DNA from: Sedimentisphaerales bacterium
GTDB lineage: Bacteria > Planctomycetota > Phycisphaerae > Sedimentisphaerales > Anaerobacaceae
Assembly (NCBI GenBank): GCA_963708075.1
Contig: OY970194.1
Coordinates: 1,568,001 to 1,632,000 of the forward strand
Length of the DNA stretch: 64,000 bases
Direction of reading: 5' to 3'
The notes below the pieces were generated by a model. The model saw only the letters and a program-made list of their open reading frames with translations, did no database searches and was not told the DNA's origin. Below, piece by piece: positions 52,769-62,589 of this stretch. Every line of letters begins with the position of its first letter. The first letter of the stretch is position 1. The position numbers were made by a program, and so were the translations under genes.

Positions 52769-54598
52769 ATGGATATCCTGGGGATCTCGGCCTTCTATCA
52801 TGATAGTGCGGCGGCCCTCGTGCGTGACGGTGAGATCGTCGCGGCCGCTCAGGAGGAGAGATTCACGCGAGTCAAGCACGACAGCCGCTTCCCCCTGCAC
52901 GCAGTCAATTACTGCCTCCAGGCTGCGGGCCTTACCCCTGAGGAACTCGACCACGTCGTGTTCTATGAGAAGCCCCTGCTCAAGTTCGAGCGACTCCTGG
53001 AAACCTATCTGGCTTACGCCCCGCGGGGCTTCGGCCAGTTCCTGGCGGGTCTGCCTATCTGGCTGAAGCAGAAGCTGCACCTGCCCCGCGAGATGGACAA
53101 GGCCCTGGAGCACCGCTACAAGGGCCGGTATGTCTTCACGGAACACCACGAGGCGCATGCGGCCAGTGCATTCTTCCCATCGCCCTTTGAAGAGGCGGCC
53201 ATCCTGACGATGGATGGCGTAGGCGAATGGGCCACTGCCAGTTTCGGCGTCGGCCGCGGAAACAAGATCGAACTGAGCCACGAGCTGGATTTCCCACATT
53301 CGCTCGGCTTGCTCTATTCCGCCTTCACGTACTTCACCGGGTTCAAGGTCAATTCGGGCGAGTATAAGCTGATGGGATTGGCCCCTTATGGCGAGCCCAG
53401 GTACTATGATTTGATCATGGAGAAGCTGATCGACCTCAAGCCCGACGGCTCGCTGCGGCTGAACATGGACTATTTCGGGTACTGCCACACCATGGTTATG
53501 ACGAACCGCGAATTTGACGGGCTCTTTGGCGATCCGCCCCGCAAGCCGGAAAGTCCCCTGACGCAGCGGGAAATGGATATCGCCGCCTCCATTCAGGCGG
53601 TCACCGAGGAGGCCATGCTGCGGGCAACCCGGCACGTCCACGAGCAGACCGGCATGAAGAACCTCGCACTGGCCGGCGGCGTGGCCCTCAATTGCGTCGC
53701 CAATGGGCGAATCCTGCGAGAGACACCGTTCGAGAACCTTTGGATTCAGCCGGCGGCGGGTGACGCAGGAGGCGCGCTCGGCGCCGCTTTGTTCGTGTGG
53801 TATCAGCTCCTGGGCAACCAGCGGCAGGTCACCGGGGACGACAACCAGCGGGCGTCACTGCTTGGACCAGCCTATGCCGATGAGCACATCCGCCAATTCC
53901 TCGATACTCGCGGCGCCAAATACCACACTTGCCCGGACGAGTCGGCGCTGATCGCGAAGGTGGCCGACCTGATCGACGAGGGCAAAGTCATCGGCTGGTT
54001 CCAGGGACGGATGGAGTTTGGACCGCGGGCCCTCGGCAGCCGCAGCATCATTGGCGATGCGAGGAGCCAGGAAATGCAGTCGATCATGAATCTTAAGATC
54101 AAGTTCCGCGAGTCCTTCCGGCCCTTCGCGCCCTGCGTGCTGCGGGAGGATGTGGCCGAGTACTTCAAGATGCGCCCGCAGGAGGACAGCCCGTACATGC
54201 TGCTCGTGGCTCCGATCCGCGAGGACAAACGCGTGGATTCGCAGCCATCGTCAGTGAAGGGGCTCGACAAGCTCAAGGTCAAGCGGAGTGTGGTCCCGGC
54301 CGTCACGCACGTCGATTACTCCGCCCGAGTCCAGACGGTGGACCGCGAGCGCCACCCCCGGCTGCACGGGCTGATGACCGCGTTCAAGCGGAAGACCGGA
54401 TGTCCCGTCATCATCAACACGAGCTTCAACATTCGAGGCGAGCCGATTGTCTGCTCACCGGAGGATGCCTATCGATGCTTCCTCACAACGAATATGGACG
54501 TGCTGGTGCTGGAGAACCAGATCCTGTATAAGCAGGAGCAGCCCCAGGCAAAGCAGCACGAAATCGACGAGTACAAGGCGCGGTTCCAACTGGATTGA
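52769..54598 (+). CDS. Carbamoyltransferase (NodU/CmcH/SxtI family)
   Basis: FYHDSAA, EHHEAHAASAF, GEYKLMGLAPYG, EFGPRALG, NTSFN. Confidence 0.95.
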   Translation: MDILGISAFYHDSAAALVRDGEIVAAAQEERFTRVKHDSRFPLHAVNYCLQAAGLTPEELDHVVFYEKPLLKFERLLETYLAYAPRGFGQFLAGLPIWLKQKLHLPREMDKALEHRYKGRYVFTEHHEAHAASAFFPSPFEEAAILTMDGVGEWATASFGVGRGNKIELSHELDFPHSLGLLYSAFTYFTGFKVNSGEYKLMGLAPYGEPRYYDLIMEKLIDLKPDGSLRLNMDYFGYCHTMVMTNREFDGLFGDPPRKPESPLTQREMDIAASIQAVTEEAMLRATRHVHEQTGMKNLALAGGVALNCVANGRILRETPFENLWIQPAAGDAGGALGAALFVWYQLLGNQRQVTGDDNQRASLLGPAYADEHIRQFLDTRGAKYHTCPDESALIAKVADLIDEGKVIGWFQGRMEFGPRALGSRSIIGDARSQEMQSIMNLKIKFRESFRPFAPCVLREDVAEYFKMRPQEDSPYMLLVAPIREDKRVDSQPSSVKGLDKLKVKRSVVPAVTHVDYSARVQTVDRERHPRLHGLMTAFKRKTGCPVIINTSFNIRGEPIVCSPEDAYRCFLTTNMDVLVLENQILYKQEQPQAKQHEIDEYKARFQLD

Positions 54599-54616
54599 GA
54601 AAGGGATAGAACGGTA

Positions 54617-55036
54617 ATGCCGCTGATCGAGATAGACTGGAATCCCGGCAGGAGACAACTGCGAGTCTTCGGGCTCAGCGCCTTGGCAGCCTCCGTTGTC
54701 CTGGCGGCAGTGTTCGTGCTGCTCTGGGGACTGGCGATCATCTGGGCAATCGTAGCTCTGGCGGCCGGCGCAGCGATTCTGCTTTGCAGCCTCGCTTCGC
54801 CTCGTGCGGCACGGGTCGTTTATATCGCTCTGAGTGCCGTGGGGCTGCCCATTGGATTCGTCGTCAGCTTTGTTCTGCTGGCGGCATTCTACTTTCTTCT
54901 GCTGACCCCCATCGCATTCGTATTTCGCCTGATCGGCAGGGACTCGCTGCATCGCAAATTCGATCGCGCCGCCGATAGTTACTGGATTGCCCGCAAGCCG
55001 ACGGCCAGTCTTGGCCGATACTTCCATCAGTCGTAA
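54617..55036 (+). CDS. SxtJ-family membrane protein
   Basis: LRVFG, FYFLLLTPI..GRDSL..SYW; follows the carbamoyltransferase. Confidence 0.8.
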   Translation: MPLIEIDWNPGRRQLRVFGLSALAASVVLAAVFVLLWGLAIIWAIVALAAGAAILLCSLASPRAARVVYIALSAVGLPIGFVVSFVLLAAFYFLLLTPIAFVFRLIGRDSLHRKFDRAADSYWIARKPTASLGRYFHQS

Positions 55037-55047
55037 TGTAGGACAAT

Positions 55048-55260
55048 ATGATGTCACCGAATCGTCAAAATAAAGAGTCGGCCCAGTTCGATGAGCTTGC
55101 TCAGGCGAAGCGGCCATCTTTGATTTCGGAGTTCTGGTACTTCCTCAAGACCAACAAGAAATGGTGGCTGCTGCCGATCATCATCGTCCTGCTGCTGCTG
55201 TGCCTGTTGGTCCTGCTGGGCGGTTCCGGCGCCGCCGTATTCATCTATCCGCTGTTCTGA
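55048..55260 (+). CDS. DUF5989 / SxtK-like small membrane protein
   Basis: EFWYFLKTNKKWWLLPII..FIYPLF. Confidence 0.8.
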   Translation: MMSPNRQNKESAQFDELAQAKRPSLISEFWYFLKTNKKWWLLPIIIVLLLLCLLVLLGGSGAAVFIYPLF

Positions 55261-55266
55261 CGCCTC

Positions 55267-57462
55267 TCAGCGGGTCGCCTGGGGACCGAGGAGAGTCTCG
55301 GCCACCTTGCGGATTTGCGGTGAATTCGGGTCCAGTTGCAGGGCGGTGCGGATTTCCCGTGCTCCCTCCTCGCGTCGCCCCAGCTTGATTAGCACCAAGC
55401 CGACATTGGAGTGCAGGAGCGGGTGTTTCGGCGCCGCGGCCACACCCGCCTGGCAGACCTCGAGGGCCTCCTCCAACCGGCCCTTTTTGAACAGCATTTC
55501 GCCGAGGCCGAGATAGGCCGGCACACAATCGGGCGCGAAGCGGATCGCCTTTCGGTAGTGACTTGCCGCCATGTCTTCCTTGCCCTGTTTCTGGAGACAC
55601 CACGCGAGGTTATTGTGAGTGTCGCCCGCCATCGGCTTCAAGTCGAGCACTTTCTCGTACTCCGCCACCGCACCGCGTAAGTCCCCTTTTGCGCGTAGCA
55701 CCGAGCCCAGCGAGTTGTAGCCCGTGTACGAGTGCGGCAGCAGATTCAGGACTGTTCTGTATTCGCCGGCCGCCGGCTCGTACTGCTCCAGGTCCTCCGC
55801 CAGCAATTTCCCGTAATCCCAGTGCAATCGCCAGTCGTCCGGCGCCTGGGCAATCATTGCCCGATACTGCTCGGCGATAGCTCGAAGCACATCGGGCGAC
55901 AGCCCCTTTTTCAGGGCGTCAAGCTTCTGTTGAAGGATGGCGACATGCTCCTTGTGGTGGAGTTGATTTGTAAATGGCGGCTTGGCCAGAAACTCATTCA
56001 CAATCGTGTCCAGCGACTGGTGACGGCTCCAATCGGTGTACATCAAGCGCTGGGCACATCGCTCCAGTGTCGGCACCTCGCCCTGCCCGGCTCCTTTAAG
56101 CCGCTCAGCGACGACAGGCTCGATCTGATCAAGGACCGTTCGCGCCACAAGGTAGTTGCCCTCGAACGTCAGGTGCACATGCTCGTAGAAGAACTCCTCG
56201 CCGGGCAGCTCGTGCGGGCTGTTGTCGGCAAGTGACGTGGCGACGTCGGCAAGGTGAACGCCCTGCCCGCGCCGCTGATCCGCCACGGCTTTGATGGTCT
56301 CATTGATTCCCGAATCCGCGCGGAAGCGGAGCACGTCCAGGTCCCGCGCCCGGGTAAAGTGCCCGGCGGCCTTCTCATATTCGCCAAGCTGCCAGTGGCA
56401 TTGCCCAAGCCGGAATTGCAGCTCGGCGTGCGAGTCGTCGATCCGAGCCGCTTCGAGGTAGGACTCGATCGCCTGGGCATGACTCGCCTGTGTCTCGTAC
56501 TGCACCCCCTGCCGATAGAACTGCTCCCAGCGGGCCTGTTGCTCTGCCGTCAGACCCGGCTTGGGCAACGATGCGAATGGGGGACAATCCCGCAGATTTG
56601 TCCCCAGCGTACAAAGGATGGTCTGCGCCCCTGCACCGGCGGCGGCACGGCAGATATCTTCCAGGTTCCGGCGGAAATGCTTGTAGACCACGTTGAGCCG
56701 GGGATCATCCACCCGCACCTGCTGCCCGACGAACATTTCCATGCCCTGCCAGCGCGTGGGCCCTCCCTCCCGCCGCACCCGCGTCAAACCCGAGAGCAAC
56801 TGGCCGATCCGGGTCTTGCGTGCCGCGATGCCCAGCCGGATCAGATGCAGATTGGATAGCACCGGCGTCAGCACGGTCCCCGGACCATATGGGCCTACCA
56901 CCTCGTTGTTGCCCATGTAGATGACGAACAGGTCCGGCTCGTACCGGGCACAGTCTTTAGCGACTTCCACGACCACGTGGGAGTTGATCGCCGCCATGGC
57001 TGCCGTAATCACTTCAAAGCGGGTATCCGGGAATCGCTCCTGAAGCATGGCTTCGAGGATTCGCCCGAACCGAAACGCATGATTTGGGACCCCCTGAGCG
57101 GCGGACGAGCCCAGCACGAAGACGCGATATGTTCCGGCGGGTTTGCGGGTCGGGAAGACGAACGGCTCGAACTCGCGGGCCAGCATCGCGGGGAAGAATC
57201 GCCGGCTGAACGTCAGGTTGTCGCCGCGATGCGGCACGCCGTTCACCTTGCACGCCACCGTCACGCCCGGCTGATAGCCATAGCCGACGACACGCAGGGC
57301 CGTCTCCAGCAGGCACAGGAGAACCAGCGGTACGCCGGCAACCGCAATAAGGCGAAACAGCCACAACCGCCAGCCTGTGACGGGCTCTCGCCGGACCTGC
57401 TTGCCCTGCGGTTTTGTCCCCGGCGTTCGGTGAGGAGGTTGTTTGCGTCGTCTTGCTGACAT
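55267..57462 (-). CDS. Membrane-anchored SGNH-like protein with TPR repeats
   Basis: LGSSAAQG, YMGNNE, FYEHVH; multiple C-terminal TPRs. Confidence 0.85.
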   Translation of the reverse strand: MSARRRKQPPHRTPGTKPQGKQVRREPVTGWRLWLFRLIAVAGVPLVLLCLLETALRVVGYGYQPGVTVACKVNGVPHRGDNLTFSRRFFPAMLAREFEPFVFPTRKPAGTYRVFVLGSSAAQGVPNHAFRFGRILEAMLQERFPDTRFEVITAAMAAINSHVVVEVAKDCARYEPDLFVIYMGNNEVVGPYGPGTVLTPVLSNLHLIRLGIAARKTRIGQLLSGLTRVRREGGPTRWQGMEMFVGQQVRVDDPRLNVVYKHFRRNLEDICRAAAGAGAQTILCTLGTNLRDCPPFASLPKPGLTAEQQARWEQFYRQGVQYETQASHAQAIESYLEAARIDDSHAELQFRLGQCHWQLGEYEKAAGHFTRARDLDVLRFRADSGINETIKAVADQRRGQGVHLADVATSLADNSPHELPGEEFFYEHVHLTFEGNYLVARTVLDQIEPVVAERLKGAGQGEVPTLERCAQRLMYTDWSRHQSLDTIVNEFLAKPPFTNQLHHKEHVAILQQKLDALKKGLSPDVLRAIAEQYRAMIAQAPDDWRLHWDYGKLLAEDLEQYEPAAGEYRTVLNLLPHSYTGYNSLGSVLRAKGDLRGAVAEYEKVLDLKPMAGDTHNNLAWCLQKQGKEDMAASHYRKAIRFAPDCVPAYLGLGEMLFKKGRLEEALEVCQAGVAAAPKHPLLHSNVGLVLIKLGRREEGAREIRTALQLDPNSPQIRKVAETLLGPQATR

Positions 57463-57537
57463 GGATCGGACCCCTGACGCATCCGGCTGATGAGCCGGCA
57501 TGGAAGTGGTGAGCGTACCGCCGCGTCCCTGCGGCCG

Positions 57538-58644
57538 TCACTTCGTCTTTATCGCATCCACCTCGATCTCGTAGAGGAGGTCGTCCCGGCAGATGTCATT
57601 CTCGACGACAACCGCCGGAAACAGCGGCAGCCCGGCGTCCTTCCGGTACGCCTCAAAGAGAGACGCATCCGGCGCCTTTTTGAAGTACACGAGGGAGCGT
57701 GTGACATCCGTCCAGTCCATACCTCTGGATCGCAAAATAGCCTGCACAACTTCCATCGTCTGTCGGACCTGGGCTCGGCAATCTCCAAGAAAGACGGTCT
57801 TGCCGGATCCGTCGATACTGGCCGTCCCGGAGACGTACAACCGCCGACAGTCGGGCAGATCGAGCTCGACTGCCCGGCTGAAGCTGCTGCCGTAATCCGC
57901 CGCCGATGATTGCAGAGGCGAAGGCACGGCGAAGGCCTTGACCGTCGGGTCCTTGGCCTCTACGGCGATCAAACCGCTGATCAGGCCGGCCTCAATCGAA
58001 TTACGGCCGGCGACGCCCGTGCTGGCGGGCATCATGCCGCTAAAGACGCTTCGCTCCCGGAAAAACGCGTTACGGACTCCGTTGAACTCGCGGTACCAGG
58101 CAAGGATGTCATCGTTGTAGAACCACGTGCGCAGCACGTTGGAAAAGGCCATGCGCTGGCTCGCCAGGCCTGCTTCCATCTGCCGAAAGATCTCATCCGC
58201 CTGCTGGGGCCGAGGCACAGCGGTGTTGGTCGGCAGCAGGCCCACCAGCCGCAGATAGCGGCCGAATTGGTCTTCGATCAAGGTGCCGATCCGCCGGCCA
58301 TTGAGATGCACGGGAACCGTCTTCGCGCCGGAAATCGCCCACAGGTGAACCCCGCAGAGGTTGTCCGTTCGACAGTTCTCCACCCATCCCACGGGCGCGT
58401 CACTGCCGCCGAGCGCGTTACTCAGCGACTCCAGACTCTTTCTGTCGCCGGCGGACATGCCTAGTGACTCAACGGAGATCACCTGGCCGCCAACCTGCCG
58501 AACAGCGTCACCCAGTCGCTGAAAGAGCGACTCGGGAGATTCATCACGCACAGGGGTCAGCGTGATGAAATGCTCTTGGACGGAATCCCGGCGCAACGTC
58601 GTGACGCTCAAGCCATTTGCGGCTCGTCTCTGAACACTCGTCAA
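57538..58644 (-). CDS. RidA/YjgF superfamily protein, FkbO/Hyg5 (chorismatase)-like
   Basis: RTWFY, PASTG, SFSRA, YVSGTASID, DICRDDLLYEIE; start uncertain. Confidence 0.75.
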   Translation of the reverse strand: MTSVQRRAANGLSVTTLRRDSVQEHFITLTPVRDESPESLFQRLGDAVRQVGGQVISVESLGMSAGDRKSLESLSNALGGSDAPVGWVENCRTDNLCGVHLWAISGAKTVPVHLNGRRIGTLIEDQFGRYLRLVGLLPTNTAVPRPQQADEIFRQMEAGLASQRMAFSNVLRTWFYNDDILAWYREFNGVRNAFFRERSVFSGMMPASTGVAGRNSIEAGLISGLIAVEAKDPTVKAFAVPSPLQSSAADYGSSFSRAVELDLPDCRRLYVSGTASIDGSGKTVFLGDCRAQVRQTMEVVQAILRSRGMDWTDVTRSLVYFKKAPDASLFEAYRKDAGLPLFPAVVVENDICRDDLLYEIEVDAIKTK

Positions 58645-58924
58645 TGCTGCGGCTCCTGCCTACCGTTACCAAATTGCGAAACACATTTCTTCTGTATACC
58701 AGGAACGTGGGCCCAATGCAACTACTTGCTGCCTCCTGGGACGAAATTACGGGGCTTCTTGCGGACAGAGATAGAGGCTGCAAACAGCCCGAGGAAACGC
58801 CTCCAGCAGTGTCACGACCGACAATGAACGGGGCGACAACGGCCGTGTGGCATGGCACAGAGGGTGCCATGGGGCACTGCAAATCAGCTTATCGGACATC
58901 CGTCGGTTGCCAACCTGAGTCTCT

Positions 58925-59017
58925 GGGTGGCGCCGCCAAACTCGTCTGACGGTGCTCACTCGATTGGGCGTGACTATCCGAAAACCCCACGGGCAAACGA
59001 GTTTGCCCGTGCCACCC
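58925..59017. repeat. Inverted REP doublet (REPIN-like)
   Basis: gggtggcgccgccaaactcgtctgacggtg resembles the reverse complement of cacgggcaaacgagtttgcccgtgccaccc; the second unit is itself an 11-bp palindrome. Confidence 0.7.
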
Positions 59018-59065
59018 TCTATCACATCCGCCCGCGCCAGGCACTTCGGCCCTGACGCTGCCACC

Positions 59066-59785
59066 TCACCTGGTGGCGGCTCGCTTCAGGGCGGCCACTT
59101 CGGCCTTTGTCAGCGGCCTGAATTTGCCCACGCCCAGACTCCCTAGTTTCAGCGGGCCGATGCGGGTCCTTTTGAGCGATTGGACGGGCAAGCCGACCTT
59201 GGCGAGCATGCGGCGGACCTGGCGGTTCAGGCCCTGCTTGATCGTAATCTCGACGAACGATTCGTTCCGGCCGCTCTTGAGCACCTTCACATCGGCCTCC
59301 GTCGTCCTGCCTTCGGCCAGCCAGACGCCCTTTCGCAGCTTCTGGAGGGCCTCGCCTTCGATGCGTCCGGTGATCCTGGCCACATACGCCTTCGGCACCT
59401 TGTACTTGGGGTGCGTCAGGAGATTCGTCAACTCGGCATCATTGGTCAGGATGATCAGGCCGGTCGTATCGGCATCAAGCCGGCCGACGCAGAAGACCCG
59501 TTCCACGGGCGGGACCAGATCGGTAGCTTTCGGTCGGCGCTGCGGATCGTCGCTCGTGCAGATGACGCCTTTGGGCTTGTTCAGCAGGAAGTACACGGGC
59601 TCGCGCCGGCGAATCCGCTGGCCGCTGACAGTGATGCTATCTGTTTCAGGGTCCACGAACGCAGGCAGCTCATCGACAACCCGGCCGTTGACGCTGACCA
59701 CACCCTCCAGGATCAACTCCTCGCATTCCCTGCGCGAGGCCACGCCCGCCGACGCCATCACTTTTTGCAGTCGCTCTTTTGCCAT
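59066..59785 (-). CDS. rluB: 23S rRNA pseudouridine synthase (RluB/RsuA family)
   Basis: ERLQK..GVASRR S4 domain, NKPKG, GRLD, G.NRQVRRM. Confidence 0.85.
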   Translation of the reverse strand: MAKERLQKVMASAGVASRRECEELILEGVVSVNGRVVDELPAFVDPETDSITVSGQRIRRREPVYFLLNKPKGVICTSDDPQRRPKATDLVPPVERVFCVGRLDADTTGLIILTNDAELTNLLTHPKYKVPKAYVARITGRIEGEALQKLRKGVWLAEGRTTEADVKVLKSGRNESFVEITIKQGLNRQVRRMLAKVGLPVQSLKRTRIGPLKLGSLGVGKFRPLTKAEVAALKRAATR

Positions 59786-59832
59786 GCTTGACTATGCCGC
59801 TCTCGCGGCAACCTCCGTGCCCTCAACATCCG

Positions 59833-60723
59833 TTATCGCAAGAGTCCGTTGCCGTAAATGATCACAATGCACAAGACGACCCAGAGCACAAAGCCGATCT
59901 GGAACGCTCGATCCCGGAGAATCAGCTTCACCGGGTCAGAATACGCGCCCTTCTGCGTCAACGCGCTGAATCTGAAGATACAGTACAGTACCAGCGGCGT
60001 CGTGTACACTAGATCATTCGTGCCGAACAGCTCCCGGGTTCGAAAATCCATGGCATAGAGGAGAAAACAGGCCACCGCCAGGACGCTGCTGACGTCCAAC
60101 ATGTGGGCGAGCAACTCGGGCGTATATTCGCCGAGGGTTTTGCGGAACGCCTCGCTGTTAGCCTGAAGCTGAGCGATCTCGCCCCGGCGCTTGCTGAAGG
60201 CCATGAACAACGTCAGGGCAAACGTGCAGATCACCAGCCACGGCGAGATGAATACGTCGATCACCACCGCCCCCGCCACCGCCCGCAGGCAAAAGCCCGC
60301 CGCGATGACCGCACAGTCCAGGATCATGATGTGCTTCAGGCCCAGCGAGTAAAGCACCATCACGGCCATGTATGTGAGGATGATCGCCGCAAGTGCGGGA
60401 GAAAGGAACAGGCTGCCCGCCAGGGCGAGCACAGCGCAAACTGCCGCAACAATTGAGGCCGTCGACACGGTTACGCGGCCGGCGGCAATCGGCCTTGCAC
60501 GACGCTCGGGATGGATGCTATCCGTCCTGCGGTCGATGATATCGTTGAAGATGTACATCGCCGAGGAAGCCAGTGAGAAGCAGATGAATGCTCCCGTGGC
60601 CTGGGCAAAGGCCCAGAGGGTCTCCTCGACAGGGCCAAACAGCCGCCTGCCGAAGATCAACGCGGCGAACACGAAAATGTTCTTGATCCAGTGGACCGGG
60701 CGAAGGATTCGCAATATATCCAT
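59833..60723 (-). CDS. UbiA-family prenyltransferase (decaprenyl-phosphate phosphoribosyltransferase-like)
   Basis: RPVHWIKN, NDIID..D..HP..RPIAAG, KRRGE. Confidence 0.9.
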   Translation of the reverse strand: MDILRILRPVHWIKNIFVFAALIFGRRLFGPVEETLWAFAQATGAFICFSLASSAMYIFNDIIDRRTDSIHPERRARPIAAGRVTVSTASIVAAVCAVLALAGSLFLSPALAAIILTYMAVMVLYSLGLKHIMILDCAVIAAGFCLRAVAGAVVIDVFISPWLVICTFALTLFMAFSKRRGEIAQLQANSEAFRKTLGEYTPELLAHMLDVSSVLAVACFLLYAMDFRTRELFGTNDLVYTTPLVLYCIFRFSALTQKGAYSDPVKLILRDRAFQIGFVLWVVLCIVIIYGNGLLR

Positions 60724-60863
60724 CAGCAGTCTTTCCCGCGGCCAAACGACGGTGGCACGCACCTGTAATCATCGACAAATCGAGCCGATGCGTGTAGGAT
60801 TATACAGGCGGCCGCGTGCTTTGTGTACGGCCGATGTGGAATCCTTGCTGGGGCAGTGCTGCG

Positions 60864-61559
60864 ATGATAACAACCGTGGTTTTCGATCTCGACGACACGC
60901 TGTACGACGAGATTGACTTCTGCCGCAGCGGATTCCGGGCGGGGGCGGAGTTTATCGCGACATTATCGGACACGCACACGCCGAACGACATCCTTGCGAC
61001 GATCTGGGACTGCTTCATCACGGGCGATCACGGCTCGACCTTCGACGCCGCTCTGAGACGCCTCGGCATCCCGTACGACCTGAACATCATCGGCAGGCTG
61101 GTCGAGATCTATCGCACGCACACACCGACGCTCACCCTGCCGGTCGGGAGCCGGGCCACGCTCGATGCCCTCAAGGGCAGATACACCCTGGGCCTCCTGA
61201 CCGACGGCTACATGCCCACGCAACGGCTGAAGGTGCAGGCGTTGGGCATCGAGGATTACTTCGCGGCGATCGTGTACACGGAAGAGCTGGGCCGGGAGTT
61301 CTGGAAACCTTCGCCGCGAGGATTCGAAAGACTGATCGAGTTGCTTCACGCCCGCCCGGAGCAGATGGCCTACATAGCCGACAACGAGACAAAGGACTTC
61401 ATCGCCCCGAACCAGCTCGGCATGTTCACCATCCAGCTCCTGCGTCCCCGCGGCTTGTACGGGCGGGTTTCAAACCCGCCCCTACCCCATCCCCACGCCA
61501 CCCCGAAACTTCGGATCGACGGAATCGATAAGCTGGTCGATGTTCTGGCACAATCCTGA
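60864..61559 (+). CDS. HAD-family hydrolase
   Basis: FDLDDTLY, TDG, KP, ADN..KD. Confidence 0.9.
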   Translation: MITTVVFDLDDTLYDEIDFCRSGFRAGAEFIATLSDTHTPNDILATIWDCFITGDHGSTFDAALRRLGIPYDLNIIGRLVEIYRTHTPTLTLPVGSRATLDALKGRYTLGLLTDGYMPTQRLKVQALGIEDYFAAIVYTEELGREFWKPSPRGFERLIELLHARPEQMAYIADNETKDFIAPNQLGMFTIQLLRPRGLYGRVSNPPLPHPHATPKLRIDGIDKLVDVLAQS

Positions 61560-61684
61560 GCCGCCACTGTCATTGCCCGGCTTCGGGAACAACTGATGTG
61601 ACTTCTTGTGGCGGCACAGGCCGGATGCCTGTACAATTACCTCCCGAGCCGCTGTGACTCGGCGGCAATGGGATATTGGGAGGC

Positions 61685-62551
61685 ATGACTATGGATTGGA
61701 CATCGAATGGTATGATCGCCTTGTACATCGCGCTCGCTGTGGTCCTGGCCGGCATCGGGGCGTGGTTCATTCTACGCAGGACTCTCCGCACGCGCATCGA
61801 CAGCCAGAGCCTTCTGCGTGCGGACCCGGACCTCAATGACTGGCTCGTGATCTTCGGCTGGACACCAAAGATCCTCTACGTCCCCACGATGCTCGCCGCC
61901 ATACTCGCCTCGGCCCTGATGTTCATGAAGGAGTCCGACTGGCAAATCTTCGCGGGCATCAATCCCAAGACCGTCGGCGGCCTCTGGTTCGCCGTCTTCT
62001 TCCTCAACTTCCTGATGGAGGAATATGACATCAACATCCGGATCATCCTGATCGCGCTGGCCACTTTCGGCTTCCTTTTCCTGTGGCTGCACCTGCTCGG
62101 CTGGGTGCTCCCGTTCCTCGGCCTCTTCAAGAACCTCGCCTTCTCCATCAGCGCTACCGGCTACCTGCTCATCACGATCATCGGGCTGCTCACGATTCTT
62201 GTCTCCTGGCTTCACGGGCTCTTTCACTACGTTGCGATCACCCCGAACTGCCTCGATGCCCACTGGGGCCCCACGGAGGCCGGCGAGCAGATCGGACGCG
62301 AGGACTACAACACGAAAGTGGATACGGGCGACTTCCTTGAACGGCTTCTCGGGTTTGGACGGATCATCATCACGTTCAAGGACAACACTCGCCCGCCGCT
62401 GACCCTGCTGGTCTGGCGCGTCGAGAAGAAGGCGGAGATGCTGGAGCGCGTCCGCGCGAAGTTCGTGATGGATCGGCCGCTGTCCTTCCAGGAGCCGCCA
62501 CCACCGCCCATCCAGCCGATCGGTCCGGCTTCCGATGCCCCGGTGACGTAA
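61685..62551 (+). CDS. Hypothetical integral membrane protein
   Basis: Five or six hydrophobic segments and a soluble C-terminus; RBS ggagg. Confidence 0.7.
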   Translation: MTMDWTSNGMIALYIALAVVLAGIGAWFILRRTLRTRIDSQSLLRADPDLNDWLVIFGWTPKILYVPTMLAAILASALMFMKESDWQIFAGINPKTVGGLWFAVFFLNFLMEEYDINIRIILIALATFGFLFLWLHLLGWVLPFLGLFKNLAFSISATGYLLITIIGLLTILVSWLHGLFHYVAITPNCLDAHWGPTEAGEQIGREDYNTKVDTGDFLERLLGFGRIIITFKDNTRPPLTLLVWRVEKKAEMLERVRAKFVMDRPLSFQEPPPPPIQPIGPASDAPVT

Positions 62552-62589
62552 CTGATGATGAACATGTAAATCGGCGAGGGAAAGATACT

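Noticed and set aside
52769..55260. Saxitoxin biosynthesis cluster
   Set aside because: No sxtA, sxtG or other core genes in the window; the trio occurs outside toxin clusters.
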